DNA of 64,000 nucleotides from Chthonomonadales bacterium (GCA_037443035.1 JBBIPC010000007.1:1-64000); one strand, 5' to 3'; shown: positions 19,881 to 29,901, numbered from the stretch's first letter. Notes: a model not told the origin generated them from the letters alone. Made by a program: numbers and translations.

Positions 19881-20642
19881 TCAAAGGTCAATGTCCGCCG
19901 TGACGAACCGCTCGCCTTGCGGATCGGCCGTGACGATCCAGTTGCCGTCCGGATCGAGTACCCCGGATGGAGCCGAACAGGGCAGTTGGATGGGATGGGC
20001 GCTGTCTACCGTAACGATCCACACGTGGCTGGCTCTTGCCCGTAGTCGGAGGTTCGACTCGTGATACCGCCAAGCGACCCGCGACCACTCCCCTCCGTTG
20101 CGGCCGCCATTCGCCGCGTGGAAGATGATGCGGGCCCCCATCCTGGACAACTGCTGCGTGAGGTGCGGATCGTCCATGGGAGTGCACTCGGGATTGGCCC
20201 AGAGATCGTTGCAGATCAAGCCTCCGACGCGGACACCATCGAGTTCGAAGGTCCGCAATGGGCGCGTGCCATACTCGGTAATCTCCCCTTCGGGACATTC
20301 GCCCAAGGTACCACAGAGGAGTATCTTCGCATGGAACCCCAGGAACTCACCGCTGCGGCTGTAGAAGCGCAGCTCGTCGTAGCATACGCCATCGTCCGGT
20401 TCCACATAGCATGTTCCGAGCGCAAGAGCGATGCCAGCATCGCGCGCAGCCGACGTTACGCGTGTCAGCGCCGCTTCCAGCTTCTCGCGAACGAAACTGG
20501 ACGTGTACCCGCTCAGCGATCCTTCCGGAGTCAGCAGCACCTCGGCGCCTTCCCGACGTGCGTGCTCGATGGCACCGAGAATGGTCCCCAGGTTCGCCTG
20601 AATATCCCGCGTCACCGCCATCTGAGCCACACATACTCGCAT
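19881..20642 (-). CDS. Carbon-nitrogen hydrolase (nitrilase superfamily)
   Basis: Glu-Lys-Cys triad: TPEGSLSGY, FHAKILL, LICNDLW. Confidence 0.88.
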   Translation of the reverse strand: MRVCVAQMAVTRDIQANLGTILGAIEHARREGAEVLLTPEGSLSGYTSSFVREKLEAALTRVTSAARDAGIALALGTCYVEPDDGVCYDELRFYSRSGEFLGFHAKILLCGTLGECPEGEITEYGTRPLRTFELDGVRVGGLICNDLWANPECTPMDDPHLTQQLSRMGARIIFHAANGGRNGGEWSRVAWRYHESNLRLRARASHVWIVTVDSAHPIQLPCSAPSGVLDPDGNWIVTADPQGERFVTADIDL

Positions 20643-20650
20643 CTCTCACC

Positions 20651-21745
20651 TCACAGGACATCGGTACCGTGATGTCTCGAGATCGTATCGGTCAGCCTCT
20701 TGACATCCTCAGCTCGGCTCGAGGGGCAGACGAGCGTTGCTTCTGGCGTATGGACCACCATCAAGTCCTCGCAGCCCACCACCGCAATAACGTGAGTCGG
20801 GTCGCTCGATGCCACCAGGACCTGCCGACAGTCCTCCAGTACCGCCCGCTCCGCACCGATCCGATTGCCGTTATCGTCTGCCGGGCACATCTGCGCATAG
20901 CTTCGCCAGTTGCCCACGTCCATCCATTCCAGACTCATCGGTATCGCGTACAAGCGCACGGTCGGGTCTTCTGAGGCAGGCTCCATCACTGCGTAATCTA
21001 CGCTGATCTTCTTGAGCGTCGGATAGACCTCCGCAAGTACCTGGGGATGCGCGTCGGTTTCCCATGCATCGCGTATTCGTTCCAGCCCCTCGAAAACGGC
21101 CGGTTCGTAGCGTCGCACGCAATCCAGCAACGTGTGTGCACGCCACACGAACATTCCGCTGTTCCAGAGATACCGCTCGGGACCGGCCGCCAGGTACTCG
21201 GCCGCTGTCTGCGCGTCGGGCTTCTCCTTGAACTTTCGGAGGACATGCACGCCATCGCCGACACGCTCGCCCAACTCCAGATACCCAAAGCCTGTTGCTG
21301 GCGAAGTCGGTTCGATGCCGAACGTCACCATGGCGCGCGGATCCTGCTCCACCAACTCCAGCCCTCTCGCGACATAGGACTGGAAGCGGTGGCGCGGCTC
21401 GATGATGTGGTCGGCCGTCACAACTGCCATGGCGGCATCTGGATCCCTCGTGGAAAGAACGACGGCGCTGAGCCCCACGGCGTTCAGGGTATCCCGGCCC
21501 ATTGGTTCGCCAATGAAGTTCCTCGGCAACAGGCCCTGGATTGAGTCGAGCACGATCTCTCGGTGCTCCTCAGCGCCACATACATAGATGCATTCAGGTT
21601 CCAAGAGACCCTCGAGGCGCTCCCAGGCCATATGGAGAAGGGTCCGGCCATCTAGCATCGGGACCAACTGCTTCGGACGGCCTCGGCGGCTCATGGGCCA
21701 CAAGCGTGTGCCTGACCCACCAGCCATGATTACCGCGTGACGCAT
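20651..21745 (-). CDS. manC: Mannose-1-phosphate guanylyltransferase (single-domain ManC/GMP)
   Basis: VIMAGGSGTRLWPMSR..PKQ, EPMGRDT, ADHII, TGFGYLE, FKEKPD, WNSGMF, KISVDYAVME, WMDVGNW. Confidence 0.88.
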   Translation of the reverse strand: MRHAVIMAGGSGTRLWPMSRRGRPKQLVPMLDGRTLLHMAWERLEGLLEPECIYVCGAEEHREIVLDSIQGLLPRNFIGEPMGRDTLNAVGLSAVVLSTRDPDAAMAVVTADHIIEPRHRFQSYVARGLELVEQDPRAMVTFGIEPTSPATGFGYLELGERVGDGVHVLRKFKEKPDAQTAAEYLAAGPERYLWNSGMFVWRAHTLLDCVRRYEPAVFEGLERIRDAWETDAHPQVLAEVYPTLKKISVDYAVMEPASEDPTVRLYAIPMSLEWMDVGNWRSYAQMCPADDNGNRIGAERAVLEDCRQVLVASSDPTHVIAVVGCEDLMVVHTPEATLVCPSSRAEDVKRLTDTISRHHGTDVL

Positions 21746-21826
21746 AGACCCTCCAGCTCTGCTTACTGCGCTTTCAGCGTCTGTATCCGGACCACAGTTT
21801 CCAGCTACTGCCGAGAAGCACGTCGG

Positions 21827-22288
21827 TTAGAAGGAACGGGATTGTGCTTCGACGAGCTGCTTTCTCGTGGCCTGAAGGCGTTGGTCCATGAGCATGGCGA
21901 ACCGCTTGAGAAGTTCGTACCCGAGTCTGGGCTCCTGGGTGCATTTGCCGCGCAGACACGCCCCATCTAGGGCGAACGCTCGGACTTCCGTCTCGCATCG
22001 TGCGTCGAACCGCCAGCGGTATGGCGGCACAAGCCATGACCAGCCCAATACTTGGCCTGCTTCCAGCCTCTGCAGGGGAATGCTTCCTCGTTCGAGATGG
22101 AAGACTTCGAGAACAACTGTGCCCTCCCTGATGACGTAGAAGCGGTTGCCCTCCTCTCCTTCCCGGAAGATGGTCTTGCCCGATTCGAAGCGTACGTTCG
22201 AAGCGCAGCCTGCTATCGTCGTGAGCATGTCCGGCTCTAGGTCCTGGAACAGAGGATGCTCACACAGCAACGTTTCCAGCGTTTTCAT
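21827..22288 (-). CDS. Stand-alone cyclic-nucleotide-binding domain protein
   Basis: IFREGEEGNRFYVIREG, GQVLGWSWLVPPYRWRFDAR; no HTH; start at MKTLE (22288). Confidence 0.85.
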   Translation of the reverse strand: MKTLETLLCEHPLFQDLEPDMLTTIAGCASNVRFESGKTIFREGEEGNRFYVIREGTVVLEVFHLERGSIPLQRLEAGQVLGWSWLVPPYRWRFDARCETEVRAFALDGACLRGKCTQEPRLGYELLKRFAMLMDQRLQATRKQLVEAQSRSF

Positions 22289-22331
22289 ACTGGTCCCCCT
22301 TTGGCCAGTCCACGAGTGGCCGCTCTGGCCA

Positions 22332-23621
22332 TTATACGCTTGCACTGTTCTTTACGGCAAGCGACATGTAGGTCGCAATGACGGCCGAGCCCAGCTCCGC
22401 TGCTGCCCTGATTCGGCGATCGGCATCCGTCTCCTCTCCTGAAGGCATTCCGTCCTTGTCCACGAAGCCTGTTCGGCCGTTGGCCACGAGATATTGGTGC
22501 GCAGCGACAACGCAGGCCCCTTCCCAGAAGAGATCCGCGACGTCCTCTGGCAGGGGCATGCCTGCCCGGCAAGCTGGAGCCAGAGGAATACGGTCCCGCG
22601 TGTTGTGCTCCGTGCCGGCGGTCACGACAATACCCGCCTGCCGCAGCACCAGGACATAATCCCTGAGAACCTCCGGGCTGTTCCGATCCGGTATGAACTC
22701 GGCACAGTGGATTGCCCTCTCGCGCAGGTGCTGAACGAGCGTCAGCGGATCCTGCTCGAACTCGCATACGGGTTGCACGCCGTCGGCAAGCACCGGATAG
22801 CACGGTATGCCACCCAGGGCGAGAATGAGCTGGCGCGCATGACCGAAATCCACGAATGTCTCCGGCACGTACGCAGGCTTCCCCGCTTTCATCAGCTTCG
22901 ACCGGATCTCGTTCTGCGTTCCCACAGCATCCGCGGCAGATGCCGAGGGTGGGGAGCCGTAGACTCTCTCCAGGAGCTCTGCCTGAGCCTCTGGCGCCAA
23001 CGACTCCGCCAACACCTCCTGGAACGCCTGGGCGATATGCCGCTCCTGCAAGTACACAGTCTCCGGCGGACAGCCATGTCGCCGGACCACCATAGCGCGT
23101 ACCCGTTCCTCGTCCAGCGCCGCATCGAAGCCGGCCTGCGCGAACACGGCATGCATACGCTCGATCATTTCCACCATGCGTCGCGAATCCTTGCCACGTA
23201 TCACCTGCAGCAGCTCGCGAGCGTCGGGGGTCAATGGAGTGAAGGCGGTAATGCCCTTCCCACATATGTACATCTTGCCGGGGTTCGCCGGGTCGTTGAT
23301 CCGAACGCCCGCACGCAGCAGACGGTCGTCGAGGCAGATGATCTCCGTCCCGAAAAGGGGGAAAATCCCAGCCGCTCTTGCACGTTCCGAAAACTCCGCG
23401 TAGACAGTGTAGTCGTAGTAGTTGCTGACGCCCAGGACGCGGATGCCCTGCTCCGCTGCTAGGGCGACCGCCTCGGCGACGCTATCGAACGCCGAGAAGT
23501 TCGGTGGCAGATGGATATGGGTATTGTTCGGCATGCGGTGCGGGTTCGTTGCATGGCGGGTCTTGGCGGGCACGTCACCGAGGTGACGCAGGATCTCGAC
23601 CGGTGAAACACTGGCTGGCAT
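22332..23621 (-). CDS. PHP-like metal-dependent phosphoesterase-fold protein, function unknown
   Basis: NTHIHLP, LGVSNYYD, FGTEII, AEFIP, AGTEHN, all PHP-type metal-ligand strands; start uncertain (23621 or 23630). Confidence 0.6.
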   Translation of the reverse strand: MPASVSPVEILRHLGDVPAKTRHATNPHRMPNNTHIHLPPNFSAFDSVAEAVALAAEQGIRVLGVSNYYDYTVYAEFSERARAAGIFPLFGTEIICLDDRLLRAGVRINDPANPGKMYICGKGITAFTPLTPDARELLQVIRGKDSRRMVEMIERMHAVFAQAGFDAALDEERVRAMVVRRHGCPPETVYLQERHIAQAFQEVLAESLAPEAQAELLERVYGSPPSASAADAVGTQNEIRSKLMKAGKPAYVPETFVDFGHARQLILALGGIPCYPVLADGVQPVCEFEQDPLTLVQHLRERAIHCAEFIPDRNSPEVLRDYVLVLRQAGIVVTAGTEHNTRDRIPLAPACRAGMPLPEDVADLFWEGACVVAAHQYLVANGRTGFVDKDGMPSGEETDADRRIRAAAELGSAVIATYMSLAVKNSASV

Positions 23622-23785
23622 GAAGGACAACTCCGTTCTTTCGTTGCGGGCATCGCCTCTCGATCCATTCTACCAGCCATCCAGAGCCAGCGACCGCGTC
23701 CGTTGTCTCGCACCATCCTGGCGTCATACGAGTAGAATGTCATCGGGATCCGGCCGGATCCGACGCCACACAAGAGGATGGGACG

Positions 23786-25576
23786 ATGCTCGGTCTTGCG
23801 TGTCTAGCCATTCTTGGAGCATGCTCTCCAGCTTCCCAGGCTCAGCAGCAGCCCAGAAAACCAATGCCCGTGCAGGTCAGCGCTGTGTCTGGCCGGGCAC
23901 AGCTTCTGCGCGGAGGCGCTCCCTTCCTCGTCAAGGGCGCTGGTGGTGACGGGTCCATGGCCCTCTTGGCCAGGATTGGCGGCAACACTGTCCGTACCTG
24001 GGGAGCCGACAAACTGGGCGAGGTGTTGGATGCCGCAGAGAAACACGGTCTCGTCGTCATCGCCGGCATCTGGCTCGGTCACGAAAGGCACGGCTTTCGC
24101 TATGAAGATCCCAGCCAGGTGGCCAGGCAGAAGGAGATGGTGGAAGAGGTTGTCTCGAAATACAGGGACCATCCCGCCCTGCTCCTCTGGGGTCTGGGCA
24201 ACGAGATGGAGGGCGATGGGTCCAATGCGTCTATCTGGAAGGCCGTGAATGACCTTGCCACCATGGTGAAGACGCTCGATCCTAACCATCCCACGATGAC
24301 GGTCATAGCCGAGGTGGGCGGCGACAAGATCCGAAACCTCCACCGCCTCTGTCCTGCCATTGACCTTGTGGGCATCAATACCTACGCCGGCGCGGCCTCT
24401 GTGGCCGAGCGCTACGTCGCTGCAGGCGGAAGGAAACCGTTTCTCCTCACGGAGTTCGGCCCTCCGGGTACCTGGGAAGTGCCGAAGACCGCGTGGGGAG
24501 CTCCCGTCGAACCATCCAGCACCGAGAAGGCTGAGTGGTACCGCAAGGCGTGGACAGCGACTGTGGGAAAGTCTCCGTTGTGCCTGGGGGGATGCGCATT
24601 CCTCTGGGGCAGCAAACAGGAGACAACGGCAACGTGGTTCGGCATGCTCTTGCCCGATGGCAGCTCACTGGAGTCCGCACAGGTCATGGGGATGCTGTGG
24701 AGTGGCAGAGAACCGACGAACCGTTGTCCGAGGATCACATCTCTGACGGTGGCGGATAGCTCCGAAGTTCGACCCGGGGCCCAACTGCGGGCCGTTCTGC
24801 AGGCCGCCGATCCTGATGGTGACGGTCTCACCGCCCAGTGGGAACTCCGCCTGGAAGCCTCCCAGAAGGGTTTCGGTGGAGAAACAGAGCCTACGCCGGC
24901 CGAGGTACGAGGCGCCGTCACGGAGCCTAGCATCCGCGGTGCACGGATCCGCATGCCGGATGCGCCAGGAGCCTATCGTCTCTTTGTATACGTCCGCGAC
25001 GGACACGGAGGAGCCGCTACTGCAAACGTCCCCCTCTTCGTGAAAGGACCGGTTGCTTCACCGGGAAAGCAAGTTCGCCTCCCTCTGAGCATCTACGTCG
25101 AAGGGGGTGGAACCGATCCGCCCTATGTGCCCAGCGGATGGATGGGCAACACCGCGGCCATCTCCATGGATCCCAGATGCACTAGCAACCCGGCCTCCGG
25201 CAAGGAGTGTTTGAAATGCAGCTACACTTCCTCAGGTGAATGGGCTGGGGTCGTCTGGCAGGACCCGCCGAATGACTGGGGCGACCAGCCCGGCGGCTAT
25301 GATCTCACAGGGGCCAGACGGCTCACCTGGAAGGCGAGGGGCGCGCAAGGAGGCGAAGTCGTGACGTTCCTCTTCGGCATCCTCGGAGCGGACAAACGTT
25401 ATCCGGACACGGCGCAGCGCACACTCGAGAATGTCCGGCTCACCGAGGAATGGCAAGTTTTCCACATGGATCTGTCGGGTCTGGATCTCCGCCGCATCAA
25501 GACCGGCTTCGGCTGGACCGTGGCCGGTCAGGGACACCCGGTAGTCTTCTACCTGGACGACATCCGCATCGAGTAG
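23786..25576 (+). CDS. Lipoprotein GH2-like (clan A) TIM-barrel glycosidase with Ig-like and C-terminal galactose-binding-like domains
   Basis: Lipobox ILGAC; GGNTVRTWG; YRDHPALLLWGLGNE (acid/base); LLTEFGP (nucleophile); C-terminal WAGVVWQ..YDLTGA..FYLDDIRIE. Confidence 0.8.
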   Translation: MLGLACLAILGACSPASQAQQQPRKPMPVQVSAVSGRAQLLRGGAPFLVKGAGGDGSMALLARIGGNTVRTWGADKLGEVLDAAEKHGLVVIAGIWLGHERHGFRYEDPSQVARQKEMVEEVVSKYRDHPALLLWGLGNEMEGDGSNASIWKAVNDLATMVKTLDPNHPTMTVIAEVGGDKIRNLHRLCPAIDLVGINTYAGAASVAERYVAAGGRKPFLLTEFGPPGTWEVPKTAWGAPVEPSSTEKAEWYRKAWTATVGKSPLCLGGCAFLWGSKQETTATWFGMLLPDGSSLESAQVMGMLWSGREPTNRCPRITSLTVADSSEVRPGAQLRAVLQAADPDGDGLTAQWELRLEASQKGFGGETEPTPAEVRGAVTEPSIRGARIRMPDAPGAYRLFVYVRDGHGGAATANVPLFVKGPVASPGKQVRLPLSIYVEGGGTDPPYVPSGWMGNTAAISMDPRCTSNPASGKECLKCSYTSSGEWAGVVWQDPPNDWGDQPGGYDLTGARRLTWKARGAQGGEVVTFLFGILGADKRYPDTAQRTLENVRLTEEWQVFHMDLSGLDLRRIKTGFGWTVAGQGHPVVFYLDDIRIE

Positions 25577-25619
25577 ACGCCCAGTCCAGCCTGCCCATCA
25601 GGTTCGTCAGAATGTCCGC

Positions 25620-27434
25620 CTAACTGCTCACCGTGTCGCCAAGACTGCTCTCCTCGGGGGGACCCACCTCTCCACGCGCTTGCGTGCTCTCCAATGCTTT
25701 CAGCCGCTCCAGCTCCAGCGGATGATCCCTGGCCATCTCCTCTTCGGTCAACGTGCCGGTCAACCACACCGGATTCATGGGGAATCGCTCGGGATGGAAG
25801 TGTGTGTTGTATAGATGCCACATCACAATCGCCAGAAACGCCAGCACCGCTTCATCGCTGTGAGCGATCAGTGCCGCCGACACCGCCGTCTCCGGAAGGA
25901 TATTGCCTAACGCAACCGGGAACCAGAGGACCAGTCCCGAGAGGACCATGATCGGCATGCCCCAGTAGACGGCGAAATAGTCGAACTTCTCCTTGAAATG
26001 GAACCTGTCGTACTTGGGCAGCTCGTTGGTGAGGTGGAGATAGTAGAGCGCGGTAGCGAAGAAGTCTCTGAAGTCCTTCCGGGTGGGGAACATCGTCCAC
26101 GAGTTGAGCGAGAAGCCGGCCTTCTTCCACCTGTACAGCAGGTAGATAGTGTGCCAGATCCACGTGGCGATCATGATCACGCCGCAGACTCGATGCACGA
26201 CGCGCATGACCACCATGCCGCCGAGGAAGAGATAGAGCTGCCGTACCCATACGATGTCGGCGTAACGCAGAGGCATGCCACTGAGGACCAGCCCACTGAA
26301 ACTGAGAGCCAATGCCGCGTGCTGAAGGCGTTGCGCCACGGTGAGGCGCAGGTATTTCCCCTTCGGCAGCGGCTCGGCAGTCGCCTTCCGATGGAACAGG
26401 CGCAGTATGAATGCCAGCACGAAGAGCACTGCTGCGCCCGCCAGCGGCCAGCGCCTCCCCGGAATACCGAAGGAGGACATCACCAGCGTCGCCACCATAC
26501 AGAGGAAACTGAGGGAGATCGCAATGCCTGCCGGTCGTCCGCTCTTCGGTGGCTCCTTGTCGAAGACCTCCCGGCGGAGGTCCAGGGCGATGCCAAGTAG
26601 CAGTACCGCGAGCGTGCCGGCGGTCAAGAGGTAGAAGAACCATTCCTCGATTCGGAGGATGGGCGCCGCCTTGACCTTGAGCGAGAGATGATTGGCACCT
26701 GACATGGCGAAGTTGACCTTGGCGCCATGGTGACAGCCCGCCTGACCGCAGGTCTTGGCAGCGTTCGCCCGGTTGGTGGGAGCGGCGGGATCGTCCGGAG
26801 AAAGCACGTCATGATGACCGTGGCAATCGCTGCAGATGGCGACCCTGTAGTTGCCGTAGCGGAGCAGGGCTTTCCCATGGAAGCTCGCCTGATAGGATCC
26901 CACCGCGTCTGTGTCGGGGCCGTAACGTCGCATGCGCGTGCGGTCACGATGGCAGTTGGAGCACAGCGCGACCTTTGCCGGTCGGGTCCAGGTGTCAGCT
27001 TTGCCGATGGCATGGGGATCCCCGCACCCATGGCAGAACACGCACGTCGGGTGATCGCCAGGCTGTTTGTCCGGATTGCTATGTAGCCCCTTCGCGTAGG
27101 CAGCCTCTTGATCAGGATGGCAGGTCGCGCAGGAGGCCTTCTCCTCGAGCATGGCCGCCGTATGGGGCGCTGCCGTAATGGAGGAATGGCAGTCCTGGCA
27201 CACCAGACCGGCATGGGGTGATCTGTCCAGGGCCGTCTTGTCCACTGGCCGCGTCTTCTCCGTCGCCGAAGCGTGACAGGCGAGGCAGGTGTCCACGTCC
27301 GATCTGGCGATCGTCGCAGGTTCACCACCCTCTTGACTTCGCACCGGCAGAAGCGCGGCTAGACAGATCAATGCACTGGCAGAACAGATGACGATCGCGC
27401 TTCGCACCCAGCGGCAGCATAGAAATCGTCCCAT
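25620..27434 (-). CDS. Multiheme cytochrome c fused to a membrane di-heme cytochrome b (CbcL-like architecture)
   Basis: Six CxxCH (CLACH, CQDCH, CATCH, CVFCH, CSNCH, CSDCH) plus CGQAGCH. FdnI-type b domain with QRLQH, VVHRVCG, IAHSDEA, WHLYNTH and KFDYFAVYWG. Start uncertain. Confidence 0.85.
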   Translation of the reverse strand: MGRFLCCRWVRSAIVICSASALICLAALLPVRSQEGGEPATIARSDVDTCLACHASATEKTRPVDKTALDRSPHAGLVCQDCHSSITAAPHTAAMLEEKASCATCHPDQEAAYAKGLHSNPDKQPGDHPTCVFCHGCGDPHAIGKADTWTRPAKVALCSNCHRDRTRMRRYGPDTDAVGSYQASFHGKALLRYGNYRVAICSDCHGHHDVLSPDDPAAPTNRANAAKTCGQAGCHHGAKVNFAMSGANHLSLKVKAAPILRIEEWFFYLLTAGTLAVLLLGIALDLRREVFDKEPPKSGRPAGIAISLSFLCMVATLVMSSFGIPGRRWPLAGAAVLFVLAFILRLFHRKATAEPLPKGKYLRLTVAQRLQHAALALSFSGLVLSGMPLRYADIVWVRQLYLFLGGMVVMRVVHRVCGVIMIATWIWHTIYLLYRWKKAGFSLNSWTMFPTRKDFRDFFATALYYLHLTNELPKYDRFHFKEKFDYFAVYWGMPIMVLSGLVLWFPVALGNILPETAVSAALIAHSDEAVLAFLAIVMWHLYNTHFHPERFPMNPVWLTGTLTEEEMARDHPLELERLKALESTQARGEVGPPEESSLGDTVSS

Positions 27435-27535
27435 CGCGGCTACCCCTCTCGGGCATGCATTATGGACAAGAAACGCCCGATCTGCCAAGCGTAAGCAGGT
27501 CGGGCGTCGTTCGTCATAGAGGCACGGATGCCTGG

Positions 27536-27880
27536 CTACTTGCTTTTCGGGTCCCCCGGCAGCGTATCCTTCTTCAGCTCATCGGCATTCTTGACGCCGT
27601 CCTTGTCACTGTCGAGTCCGTCGGCCTTATGGAGCAGCGCCGGCGTGAGCGCCTTTGTCTTCGCCGTCGCCAGAATCTTGGCCAAGTCTTGGCCGTAGGC
27701 GTTCAGCTTCTTGAAGGAAGTCTTGCTCGCATGGCACAGGGCGCACGCTGCCTTGGCGACAGCCCCGTCCTTCTTCGCGGGGAACTCCTTCTGGACGATG
27801 GTCTGGAAAGTAGGCATGGCCAGGGCGGCAGCCGCTGCCATGACCAGTCCCAGAACCAACCCACTTCTCATCCGTCTCAT
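27536..27880 (-). CDS. Small secreted monoheme cytochrome c with C-terminal DxDxDG Ca-binding-like repeat
   Basis: Signal peptide ending AAAALA, CALCH, LNAYG, LDSDKDGVKNADE..PGD. Confidence 0.75.
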   Translation of the reverse strand: MRRMRSGLVLGLVMAAAAALAMPTFQTIVQKEFPAKKDGAVAKAACALCHASKTSFKKLNAYGQDLAKILATAKTKALTPALLHKADGLDSDKDGVKNADELKKDTLPGDPKSK

Positions 27881-27939
27881 TCCCTTCCCTTCTTTCTCCT
27901 TTGCCGGTGTTCGCCGTGGAATGGCGAGTGATTACCTAG

Positions 27940-27979
27940 ATGATACCAACTGAGCAGCCCGTTTGTGACAGAGTTAACG
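27940..27979 (-). promoter_or_regulatory. Possible extended -10 plus Crp/Fnr/Rex-like site upstream of the cytochrome genes
   Basis: Minus-strand TGgTATCAT (TATCAT at 27945-27940) and TTGTGA-cagagt-TAACG at 27963-27979; only one half-site is good. Confidence 0.25.
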
Positions 27980-28206
27980 GATAACTGGATGAGCATCACT
28001 CATCGTAGACGACGACTAGCGATGGTTCGTTCGCCCCTTCCTACCAGGGATCGCCAACGAATATGTCCGGGAGAACCTGTAACTTTCTGCCATCCTCGTG
28101 TGTCTCAATCAGTGACGCTGTGAGACACGTCCCGTATGTCTGCGCCTGGTGTCGCGTATGTCACAGCGGCCATGAGGGCCATATCGCTACATAGGAGTAC
28201 TCGCAG

Positions 28207-28620
28207 ATGATTGTGCTGAACTTCGCAGAGCCGCTTACGCAGGAAGCTGTTTCTGCTATCTCAGCGCTCTCTGGACGCACCGTCCGACGGGTTGTCAACC
28301 TGCCGCCGAAGTTCGCCGACAACCTCCCCCTCGTTCCCCAGGTGCGTACACTGCTGGACCAAGCGGGGTTTTCCAAGAGAGAATGGGAGACCACTTCGCT
28401 GGTGGTCTGTCTGCCCAACGATCCGGCGGCAGCTGCACTTGTCGTGGCCGAAGTCGCTGGACGGAGAGGCCGCACTCCGTCCATCGTCCGTTTCATTCAG
28501 GATGGACCGACAGGCAAGAAGGAACCTTCAGAGGTCATCAGTCTCCACGAGGTGCGCAGAGAAGCCCGACAGTCGGGCAAGGGTTGGATACCGCCAGCAA
28601 CGAAGAACGGCGGATTCTGA
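28207..28620 (+). CDS. csx15: Csx15-like protein (family of type III CRISPR accessory proteins), stand-alone and degenerate
   Basis: Full-length match to the recalled Csx15 pattern: MIVLNFAEPLT..F...PLVPQV..L....G....EW.T..LVV.LP......LVVAE..GR.G..P.IVR...EVISL..VRREAR. AGGAG RBS upstream. Confidence 0.7.
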   Translation: MIVLNFAEPLTQEAVSAISALSGRTVRRVVNLPPKFADNLPLVPQVRTLLDQAGFSKREWETTSLVVCLPNDPAAAALVVAEVAGRRGRTPSIVRFIQDGPTGKKEPSEVISLHEVRREARQSGKGWIPPATKNGGF

Positions 28621-28750
28621 CCATCTGAGACACGCATAGGGCGGGCAGGCACCCCGTCCAGACACCAGTTCGGCGAACAGCGCTGCGAACAGGAAGGCGT
28701 GCCTGCCCTCTGGCTAATCCCTTCTCCGTCTTCGTCCGGATACGCCGGAT

Positions 28751-29605
28751 TCAGGCCATGCCGGGCACGAAGAACTGCTCCAGGTACTTCTTGCCGATGA
28801 GAAAGCCCTCTTCCCGGCCGACAGCGCCATCCTCGTGCTCGATGGACAGAACGCCGTTGTAGCCATTCCGCCGCAGAGCTGCGATGTATTCTCCCCACCG
28901 GACCACACCAAGCCCCGGTATGACATAACGCCACCAGCCGCCGCCATCCTGATTCCCCACCCAGGCCTTCTTCGAAACGTTGATCTCCGTATCCTTGGCA
29001 TGGGTGTGGAAGATTCGCGGTGCGAAGACCTCGACAGCCCGAATATAGTCAATGTCTTGCCATGCGAGATGCGACGGATCGAAGTTCAGCCCGAAGTTGG
29101 CATCAGGCACGACTTCGAAGAGCCGCTGCCAATGGCCCAAGTGCTGAATGTTCGTGGCGTACCAGTTCTCGAGGGCGATCTTCACTCCGCGCTGCGCGGC
29201 GTACTCGACGAGTGGAGCGAAGACCGCTGCGCAGTCCTCTTCGATGGTCTGCATCTTGCTCTTGCCCGGCACAGGCATACCCGCCAGCGTGCACACAACA
29301 TCCACACCCAGCAGCTTCGCGGCATCCACGGCCTTGCGAACCGTATCGTTCGCTGCTGCGCGCCGGACTGGATCGGCGTCCGTGTTGTTCGTATACGCAG
29401 CAAGCGACGAAATCCTCAGGTTGCGGCGCTCGAGCAAGTCCGTTACGCGGGCCGCCTCGGCCTCCGTGAAATCCGTCAGATTGATGTGCCTGCTACCAGG
29501 TCCCGCGCTGACTTCCAGCGCTTCGAAGCCGTACTCGCCGGCGAAAGCCGCCACATGCTCGAGCGTCTCGCTCCCGAATGGAGCGGTTAGGATCCCAACG
29601 TACAT
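28751..29605 (-). CDS. Sugar phosphate isomerase/epimerase (AP endonuclease 2 TIM barrel, IolE-like)
   Basis: IALEN, GLNFDPSHL, IFHTHAKD, IPGLGVVRW, LSIEHED; AAGGAG RBS before ATG 29605. Confidence 0.9.
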   Translation of the reverse strand: MYVGILTAPFGSETLEHVAAFAGEYGFEALEVSAGPGSRHINLTDFTEAEAARVTDLLERRNLRISSLAAYTNNTDADPVRRAAANDTVRKAVDAAKLLGVDVVCTLAGMPVPGKSKMQTIEEDCAAVFAPLVEYAAQRGVKIALENWYATNIQHLGHWQRLFEVVPDANFGLNFDPSHLAWQDIDYIRAVEVFAPRIFHTHAKDTEINVSKKAWVGNQDGGGWWRYVIPGLGVVRWGEYIAALRRNGYNGVLSIEHEDGAVGREEGFLIGKKYLEQFFVPGMA

Positions 29606-29901
29606 CCTCTTCTCCTTGATCTTGCCAAGTATCGTGCAGACCAACGCATCCGCCATCGCTACTGCTTCCAGCTCACGCCAACTTGGCTGGCTGGCTGCCT
29701 CGCGAAGCCGTCGGCCCGCCATCCTCTTGCTCACTATTCTGTCCGAAGAGAGGACTTCCTTCCGTCCGACAAAGATTCAGGACCTGACATCGCACACCTG
29801 TCCCGGTCCTCTGTAACCTGGGCGCATCCGCAGTGCTATCATGTTTGGGTGGGTCTCTCGGACCTGTCCCTTGCTGTTCACCTCGCAGGAGAGGGGATTC
29901 C

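Noticed and set aside
27900..28750. CRISPR array near the csx15-like gene
   Set aside because: No regularly spaced direct repeats; only a 10-bp inverted pair (28643-28652 and 28699-28708) between convergent genes.
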